Shown here piece by piece: positions 28,403-36,200 of a stretch of 63,107 nucleotides of DNA. The translations under genes were made by a program, and so were the position numbers. A model generated the notes under the pieces. It made no database searches. It had not been told where the DNA came from and saw only the letters and a list, made by a program, of their open reading frames with translations. The stretch's first letter is position 1, and every line of letters starts with the position of its first letter. The stretch comes from an uncultured Bifidobacteriaceae bacterium (lineage in GTDB: Bacteria > Verrucomicrobiota > Verrucomicrobiia > Limisphaerales > UBA11358), in NCBI GenBank assembly GCA_964618545.1, contig CAZUBG010000002.1, forward strand, positions 8,583 through 71,689, read 5' to 3'.

Positions 28403-28441
28403 GTGACAACCTTGCGGCGGTTGAGTTACGAATGCGTTACA
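28403..28441 (-). promoter_or_regulatory. Pho-box-like repeats upstream of prepilin copy 3
   Basis: Sense strand TGTAAC-gcatt-CGTAAC (28441-28425) plus TGTCAC exactly 22 bp further on (28408-28403). Confidence 0.55.
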
Positions 28442-28753
28442 CTCCCAAAAGTTCTCTTGTCCGAAAAGTGTCAGGTGGGGTTGAAAGCGGTTTCTCCCTG
28501 TTGATACTGTGAATGGCAGAAGCTGACCTTGCCCTGAAAAGACGAACCCGATCGGCTCCCTGTCCGCCGTCCTTGGTTGAAAATTCCGCGCCCTTCTTCG
28601 TTCCCTTCGTTTGCTGTTCAGCAATCACGACTTCCAAGGTCGCGTTTCTCAGTAACGAGATTTGGCCTTTTGGGTGGTGTCCGGCACTTTCGCCGCAAGT
28701 GACTTAACCCCAATGGGTTGCCACTGATGTCAAGCGGAATCTTCGCCGGATCG

Positions 28754-28768
28754 CGTTACTGGGTAACG
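28754..28768. promoter_or_regulatory. CGTTAC-N3-GTAACG palindrome, copy 1
   Basis: CGTTACtggGTAACG followed by AAAATGACC; two more copies at 48651 and 48763. Confidence 0.5.
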
Positions 28769-28895
28769 AAAATGACCTTTGATTTTTTTTCTTTCCGGCC
28801 AGGGCTGCCCCTCCCTTCCGGCCATCCCGCGCCCGGCTGTGCGGGCGGTGCGGCGCCATCCCGCCCCCCGAAGCGGTGGGTGGATTTCCTAAAAT

Positions 28896-28942
28896 TGTCA
28901 CCGGCATGTCACTTGCCTCCGCCGCCACTTTGCCGTCATGCT
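28896..28942 (+). promoter_or_regulatory. Pho-box-like repeat plus -35/-10 promoter of the EEP gene
   Basis: TGTCAC-cggca-TGTCAC-TTGCCT-N18-CATGCT; same architecture as 30415-30461. Confidence 0.7.
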
Positions 28943-29016
28943 CAGGGGATGACATCAAGTTCCCATCTGCTTTGCCGGAAGGACCGGACCATGGCCGAGG
29001 TTCCCAACCCAGGCAA

Positions 29017-30396
29017 ATGAACCCCTCGCGCGCCATCCTCCGGTTTCTAACCCTGGTTTTCCTGGGGCTCGTCATTCCCCCGGCCTCCGCCCAAACCCGA
29101 ACCCTGCGGATCGTGACCCAAAACATTGAAGCCGACATTAATAACGTCACCGCGCCGCTGCCCGGCCTGATTGCCCCGCCCGGCGGCAGCGTGACGCAGG
29201 GCGGCGTGCTGGAGGGCATTGGCGAGGAAACTGTGGGCGGCGATCCGGCCCAGCCGCTGGACGTCCTGGCCCTGCAGGAGACCACCAGCAATCCCGCCAC
29301 CGTGGCCCCGATTGTCAATGGTTTGAACGCCTTCTACCAATCGCCCGGCCGGTACACCAACAGTCTTTATCAGGCCGTTGAAAGCGGCGGCGACACCGCC
29401 GACGGCAACGGTCCCAATGCGGTCATTTACAACACCCAAACCCTGCAACTGCTCGCCTCCGTGCCGGTGGATCCCCCTGGCGGCCCGAACGCACTGGGCT
29501 CCGCTTATGGCGAATACCGCGAGGTCATGCGCTATGAATTTGCCCCGGCCGGGGTCGCGCCGGCCTCCTCCAACGAGTTCTACATTTATGTCAGCCATTA
29601 CAAATCCGGAACGTCCAGCGCCGACCTGACCGACCGCGCCGGGGAGGCGGTGATCATCCGCAATGACGAAACCAGTTTGCCCGCCAATGCGCGCGTGCTT
29701 TATGTCGGCGATTACAACATCTCCACGAGCAGTGAGGTCTCCTATGCCGGCCTGCTGGCCGCCAGCGCCCCCAATGGCATCCTGCAGGGTCAGGGCATTG
29801 ACCCCTTTAACACAAACGGCGGCACGAGCCTCAATTGGGCCGTCAGCACCACCAGCGCCCCGCTGCTGGCGGCGATGACGGAACACTCCTATGAACTCGA
29901 GTACCGCGACGATTTGCAAATCATGACCACCAATGTCTATGATCGCGCCCCCGGCGGTCTGCAACTGGTGCCCGGGACTTACCACACGTTTGGCAATAAC
30001 GGCTCCACGCCTTACCGTGGCACGGTTAATTCCGGCTCCGACACCGCGTTAAACACGAACTTGAGCGCCGGCGCCCCCTTGGGAGCCGCCCAATTGTATC
30101 TGGACCTGACCAATGCCAGCGACCACCTGCCGGTGGTGGCCGACTATACCGTTCCACTCCCCGCCCCCATCATCACCCGCTTCAACCTGACCGGCTCCAA
30201 TTGGGTGATCAACGCGGCCAATGGAGTCACCGGGGGCGTCTATATCGTCTGGATGGGCGCCAACCTGCTCCCATCCCTGGCGAATTGGACCGCCATTGCC
30301 ACCAACACCGCCAGTGGCGGAAACTTCACCCTGACGGCCACCAACACCTTTAACCCGGCCGAGCCGGCGCGGTTTTTCCGGTTGCTGACCCAATGA
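29017..30396 (+). CDS. Secreted endonuclease/exonuclease/phosphatase (EEP) family protein with C-terminal RFFR domain
   Basis: Signal peptide ending ASA. EEP motifs TQNI, LALQE, SHYKS, VGDYN, ASDHLPV. Ends PARFFRLLTQ. Confidence 0.85.
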   Translation: MNPSRAILRFLTLVFLGLVIPPASAQTRTLRIVTQNIEADINNVTAPLPGLIAPPGGSVTQGGVLEGIGEETVGGDPAQPLDVLALQETTSNPATVAPIVNGLNAFYQSPGRYTNSLYQAVESGGDTADGNGPNAVIYNTQTLQLLASVPVDPPGGPNALGSAYGEYREVMRYEFAPAGVAPASSNEFYIYVSHYKSGTSSADLTDRAGEAVIIRNDETSLPANARVLYVGDYNISTSSEVSYAGLLAASAPNGILQGQGIDPFNTNGGTSLNWAVSTTSAPLLAAMTEHSYELEYRDDLQIMTTNVYDRAPGGLQLVPGTYHTFGNNGSTPYRGTVNSGSDTALNTNLSAGAPLGAAQLYLDLTNASDHLPVVADYTVPLPAPIITRFNLTGSNWVINAANGVTGGVYIVWMGANLLPSLANWTAIATNTASGGNFTLTATNTFNPAEPARFFRLLTQ

Positions 30397-30414
30397 CAGG
30401 GAGAATCACTTATT

Positions 30415-30461
30415 TGTAACACTCATGTAACTTGCCTGTGACCACACTTTACCGCCATGCT
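30415..30461 (+). promoter_or_regulatory. Pho-box-like repeat plus -35/-10 promoter of the phosphoesterase gene
   Basis: TGTAAC-actca-TGTAAC-TTGCCT-N18-CATGCT. Confidence 0.7.
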
Positions 30462-30468
30462 GGTTACA

Positions 30469-33171
30469 ATGATGTTAAAACGCTTTTTCCGGGTAATTGC
30501 CTGCTGGTCACTCGTCGGATTTGCCGCCGCCGTCCCGGCCGCTCAGTCAGTGGAGAGCGATTTGACTTTTGCCGCCACCACCAATGAGGTGGGCCGGAAC
30601 GCCGCCGGCTTGGAAACCCCGGTCAACCAGCGTGTCACCCCTGCGGGCCTTCAGGTTGACCTGCCCGGGATGCGGCCGCAGGCGCTGGCGCTGAGCCCGG
30701 ACGGAAAACTGCTTGTCACCGCCGGATTGACGAGTGAACTCCTCAGTCTGGATCCTGCAACCGGAACCATTCTCCAGCACATTCCGCTGCCGGCCGACCA
30801 AACCCCGCCGCGCGCCCACGATGCCCCCGGAGTGCAGACGCCCAACACCAAATCCCAATTAAGTTTCACCGGGCTGGTGTTCTCGCCGGACGGCTCACGC
30901 ATTTACCTGGCCAACGTCAACGGCGACGTGAAAGTCTTTGGCGTCCAGCCCGATCACACCGTCAGCCCGCTGTTTGCCCTGCCGCTGCCCCCGGCCAATG
31001 CGCCCGGTCGCGTGGCGGACATTCCCGCCGGCCTGGCCGTTTCGCGGGACGGCAAAAAGCTCTGCGTCGCGCTCAATCTTTCCAACCGCCTGGCCGAGTT
31101 GGATGCTGCCACCGGCCGGGTGTTGCACCTGTGGAACACCGGGGTGGCGCCGTTTGACGTGGTGGCGGTCCGGGGAAAAATTTATGTGAGCAACTGGGGC
31201 GGTCGCCGGCCCGGCCCGGACAGCCTCACCGGCCCCGCCGGGCGCGGCACCCTCGTGCGCGTGGACCCCCGTTCCATTGCCAGCGAAGGCTCCGTGACGG
31301 TCATCCATCCCGAGACGGACACCAATTCCCAGACCTCGACCCCGGACCTTCTCACCGGCCTGCACACCTGCGCCCTCGCGTGTTCCCCGAACGGCCGCTG
31401 GCTGGTGGCCGCCAACGCCGGCAGCGACACCCTGAGCATCATTGACACCCGCACCGACAAAATCGTGGAAACCCTCTCCGCCCGGCAGAACCCCGCCGAC
31501 TTGTTTGGCGCGCAACCCAATGCCCTGGCCTTTGACAAATCCGGCAAAACGTTGTTCGTCGCCAACGGCACGCAAAACGCCGTGGGCGTGTTTCAGTTCC
31601 GACCGGGTCGATCGAAGTGGCTCGGCCTCATTCCCGTCGGCTGGTTTCCCGGCGCGCTGGTCTTTGACGCCCGGCGCAAACAGGTGGACGCGGCCAATAT
31701 CAAGAGCATCGGCAATCAAATGCAGCCGGCCCGGCCCGGCCGGGGCATGGGCTTCAACACCAAACAATATTGCGGCTCCCTGTCGCTCGTGCCCGTCCCG
31801 TCGAAAAAGGCACTGGCGGCCTTCAGCCAGACGGCCCTGGCCAACCTGCGGTATCCGCTGCTCGCCCAGTCCCAACTGCCGCCCCGCGCCGGTCAACCCG
31901 CGCAACCCGTGCCCGGGCGCGCCGGCGAACCGAGCGTGTTCCGGCATGTCATCTACCTCATCAAGGAAAACCGGTCCTACGACCAGGTGCTCGGCGACGT
32001 GACGTCCGGCAACGGCAACACCAACCTGTGCATCTTTGGCGAACGCGTCACTCCCAACGAACACAAACTGGTCCATGATTTTGTGCTGCTGGACAACACC
32101 TATTGTTGCAGCATTCTCAGCGCCGACGGACATCAATGGGCCGACACCGCCATCGCCACCGATTATGACGAACGCGAGTTTGCCGGCTGGCCGCGCAGTT
32201 ATCCGGCGGGCGGGGATGATGAGGGCCGGGACGCACTCGCCTATTCCCCCGCCGGATTCATCTGGAACAACGCGCTGGCCCACGGCCAAACCGTCGCCGA
32301 TTTTGGCGAATTCACCACCGGCCGGAAACAGTGGCAGAATCCCGCGCACACGAACAAAATCACCTTTCTGGATGTCTGGCGCGATTACACCAATGGCGCC
32401 AATGCCATTGTGTATTCCAGCGAACCGGACATTGAAGCCCTGCGGCCTTATATCATTTCCAACACCATCGGCTGGGATTTGGATGTGCCGGATGCCTGGC
32501 GCGCCACGCGCTTCATCCAGGAATTGCATCACTATGAACAGACCGGCACCCTGCCGAACCTGATCATCATCTGGCTGCCGAACGATCACACCAGCGGCAC
32601 AAAATACGGCTCCCCCACCCCGGCGGCCCAGGTGGCCGACAATGACCTCGCCGTGGGCCGGGTCGTCGAAGCGGTCAGCCACAGTTCCTTCTGGACGAAC
32701 ACCTGCATCTTTGGCATCGAGGACGACCCGCAAAATGGCTGGGACCACGTGAGTGGTTACCGCACCACCGCCTATGTCATCAGCGCCTACACCAAACGCA
32801 ACGCGGTGATCGGCACCCAATACAACCAGACCAGCCTGTTGCGGACCATGGAACTCATCCTCGGCCTGCCCCCCATGAACCAGATGGACGCCACCGCCAC
32901 CCCGATGTTTGACTGCTTCACCAACATCCCGGACGCCACCGCCTATGACGCCGTGCCCAACCGGATTCCGCTGGACCAGATGAACCTGTCGGAGCGGCGT
33001 TTTGCCGATGCGCAACTGAGGAAGGACGCCCAAGTGTCCGCGAAATTGCGACTCGACCAGGAAGACCAATGCCCCGAGGATCTCTTCAACCGCATCCTCT
33101 GGCGCGCCGCCAAAGGCACTGCGGAACCCTATCCCGTGTGGGCGGTAAGGTCGGAGAAGGATGGGGATTGA
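30469..33171 (+). CDS. Bifunctional YncE-type beta-propeller / phosphoesterase (alkaline-phosphatase superfamily) protein
   Basis: Signal peptide, YVTN-like repeats (VWNTGVAPFDV, VANAGSDTLSIID), then HVIYLIKENRSYDQVLGD...SADGHQW...LPNDHTSG...EDDPQNGWDHV. Start taken as 30469 because ATG 30457 lies inside the predicted -10. Confidence 0.9.
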   Translation: MMLKRFFRVIACWSLVGFAAAVPAAQSVESDLTFAATTNEVGRNAAGLETPVNQRVTPAGLQVDLPGMRPQALALSPDGKLLVTAGLTSELLSLDPATGTILQHIPLPADQTPPRAHDAPGVQTPNTKSQLSFTGLVFSPDGSRIYLANVNGDVKVFGVQPDHTVSPLFALPLPPANAPGRVADIPAGLAVSRDGKKLCVALNLSNRLAELDAATGRVLHLWNTGVAPFDVVAVRGKIYVSNWGGRRPGPDSLTGPAGRGTLVRVDPRSIASEGSVTVIHPETDTNSQTSTPDLLTGLHTCALACSPNGRWLVAANAGSDTLSIIDTRTDKIVETLSARQNPADLFGAQPNALAFDKSGKTLFVANGTQNAVGVFQFRPGRSKWLGLIPVGWFPGALVFDARRKQVDAANIKSIGNQMQPARPGRGMGFNTKQYCGSLSLVPVPSKKALAAFSQTALANLRYPLLAQSQLPPRAGQPAQPVPGRAGEPSVFRHVIYLIKENRSYDQVLGDVTSGNGNTNLCIFGERVTPNEHKLVHDFVLLDNTYCCSILSADGHQWADTAIATDYDEREFAGWPRSYPAGGDDEGRDALAYSPAGFIWNNALAHGQTVADFGEFTTGRKQWQNPAHTNKITFLDVWRDYTNGANAIVYSSEPDIEALRPYIISNTIGWDLDVPDAWRATRFIQELHHYEQTGTLPNLIIIWLPNDHTSGTKYGSPTPAAQVADNDLAVGRVVEAVSHSSFWTNTCIFGIEDDPQNGWDHVSGYRTTAYVISAYTKRNAVIGTQYNQTSLLRTMELILGLPPMNQMDATATPMFDCFTNIPDATAYDAVPNRIPLDQMNLSERRFADAQLRKDAQVSAKLRLDQEDQCPEDLFNRILWRAAKGTAEPYPVWAVRSEKDGD

Positions 33172-33266
33172 GTCTGGAAGGTTGATTTAAGCAACCAAGG
33201 GACGGGCTTTGGGAAAATCATCCGGCCAGTTTGGCCATCAGGCGGACGACACATGTGGAAACCTCT

Positions 33267-36200
33267 TCAAGGAATGCTTGCGGGTGTTTCCCCCTCTGAG
33301 AGACAGGGGAGTTCCAGGGTGAATACCGAGCCCTTGCCGGGCCCGTCGCTCTGGACCAGCAGGTTGCCCCCCGATTCTCTCGCCGCCAAAATACTGCTGT
33401 GCAGTCCGTAGCCGTGCCCATCCTTCCGGGTGGTGAAGCCTTGTCTGAAAATCCGCTGGAGGTTCTCCGGTGAAATCCCCACGCCGTTGTCCGCAACGGA
33501 TACACAAACCTTTTTGTCCCCGCTGAGGCTTATGCCAACTGTGATCACCTTCTCCTCCTCGGCGGATTCGCACACCGCCTGCTTGGCGTTGCTGATCAGA
33601 TTGACGAGAATTTGCAACACCTTGTGCTTGTCCACCATGATGTCCGGCGCCGGCTCGAACCGCCGCACCACGCGAGTGTCATGACGCTCCAGCGATGTGA
33701 TGTGCATGCGCAATGCGTCCTCGACCAGCGCGGGGATGGACTGCTTTTCCAGGACGCCGGAAACGTGGCCATAGTTTTGCTGCATCGCAACCACTTCCTT
33801 GATGTGATTGATATTCCGGGAGAGGCTGTAAACTTCGTCGAGCATGGTCGCCTGCTCGGCCTGCATTTGTTGGGCAATGGCCTTGAGATAAGCGGGAATT
33901 GTGTCCGTCCGCCCATCCTCGCTGAGAAATTTGATCAGCTCGTGTTGATGCTCGTCCAACAACGCGACAAGTTTGGTCATGCCGGCCGACACTTTCGAGG
34001 CCCGCACCCGTTCCATGATGACGCCGGCCGAAACAGTGATGCTGTTGAGCACATTCCCGACGTTATGCAGAACGCTGGAGGCCACCTCTGCCTGACCGGC
34101 CTTTCGCGAAGCGTCCACCAGTTGCCGGTGAACTTTCTCCAGTTTGGCCTCCGCCTCTTTGATGGAGGTGATATCCATGGAAATGCCAAATGTGCCGATA
34201 ATCTTCCCCTCAGCATTTCGCCAGGGCATTTTGTTGGTCGTCACCCAGGTGACACGGCCATCGGCATGCACCTCTTTTTCGAGTTTTCCAATGAGCGGCT
34301 TGCCGGTGCGGATGATTTCTTGTTCGTCCTCAAATGCGGAACGCGCATATTCGCCATGATAGATTTCGAAATTTGTCTTGCCCACGATTTGCTCGTGGGA
34401 GAGCGCTGATCGGACGCACAAGGACAGGCTGCAGCGGATGAAGCGCGAGCCGGCATCCTTGAAGTAGATATAATCAGACGCGTTATCCAGCAACGTTCGC
34501 AACAAGGCCTGCTCGCGGGTGAGTTCGGCGTTGGCCCGGGCCAGGTCCGCCGTCCGGCGCTGGACGCGAACTTCCAATTCTTCATTGGCCTTCTGAAGTT
34601 CCAATTGGGCGTGTTCGAGCAGGCGGTTCTGGCGCAAAATCATGGCGACCCATGTGACGGCAACGCCCAGGACCACCAGGAAGGTTCCTCCCACCCAGAG
34701 AAACCGCCGCCAGTTCCACCAGGACGGCGACTGGAGCACATGCACCCCGGCGACGGAGGACAGCAGGAGTTCAAAATCCGGGTTCGAACTCGAATAATTG
34801 CCCGCATGGTCTTTGACAATGCGGCAGACGCCGGTCACCCTCAGCACGCTTTCCGGTTCAAGGTCCGGCAACGCTCCCCGGTCCTTCGGCAATATGGCTT
34901 GGAAAACCCGCCCGCCGGTCTGCAATTGCAGCACCTCGTTGTCCAGCAGTTCGGAATGTCCCAGGAATACCGCGGTCATGGAAATGAGCCGGGACGCATT
35001 GACGGTTTGGGGCAGACTGCCGGACTGCAGTTGCGTGGGTCGTGGCATTTCGTCCGTTCCGGTCTTGCGCACCAGCGCATCGTTCAACGTGCCGGCAAAA
35101 CCGTCCGAACTTGCAAACCCGAGCACTTCGACCTGGTTCCCTTCCTGAAAGAGACCGTCATTCCTCACCTCGATGCCGCCGGTGGCATCCTCCACAAAAC
35201 AGGCCCCCCTGCGAACACAAGTGACCACGCCGCCGATTTTCACACGGTGGATCAACTCGTATTGGTCGCTGGGCTGAAGGATCTGACTGATGGGTTGGGG
35301 GGGCACGCCGAATGGATCTGCGGGCGAGGCCTCATCCACAATGATGTACTCCGCAGCCGGCACGATCAACCGGACTCCCGCCTGTTGTTCTTTGCCGTTG
35401 GCCGTCACCTGGCAAACCCCTCGTATGCGCACGGTGCAGTCCGCCAGCGCGCGGGCCTGCTCCGCTTTGATGGCAAATCCCAGATCCGCCAGCAGATCGC
35501 CGCCCGGCATTTGCAGTTTCAACGTGCGTCCGTCAAGCTTGTGAACCACGCCTTTGACCTCCACCCACTGCGCATCCTGCTGGCCCGTCATCAACTGGCT
35601 CCAGTTCCGTGGGAACGGCTTTGGCATGACTCCCATTCCCAGCACCGTCACCGAATCCGATTGCGGGCCGGGTTCGATCACCGGCGATGTGCCGGAGAAA
35701 GCGCAGCGTCCGGAAATGACGACCTGCTGGCCGGGGTGGCAGTCCGCAAACTGCTGCGCCGCAGAGGATGGAATGCGAATGCCGCCGGTGTCGTCCTGCA
35801 CATACAGATCACCCGCCTTCACCGTGACGACCCCGCGAATCCGCGCGGGGGGCATTTGCTTCAGCCGATCCACCCCAAGCTGCCGGATTCGCCGGACCGA
35901 GTTGATCTCCCTCTGGGGATGCGCCTCACTTGCTGAATTCGTTCCCGGCGTCTCGGCCTCCGCTGCCCTGCAAAACGCCTGGTTCAAAACCCAGCCATCG
36001 TTCGTGCGCTCCAGAACGCCCGTCACCTCGATCGCCTGGTCCGGTTCAAAGACGGTCGTCCCGGCGCCATAAACTTTAATGGGTGGAGCGCTTTGCCGGG
36101 TCAGCTTCAGCCACACCGGCGGTTTGCCGCCATGGGGAAAGCTCTCGATGGCATTGCTCTTTCCCCGGCGAACCCGGAAATCAAGGTCACCGCCGGGACC

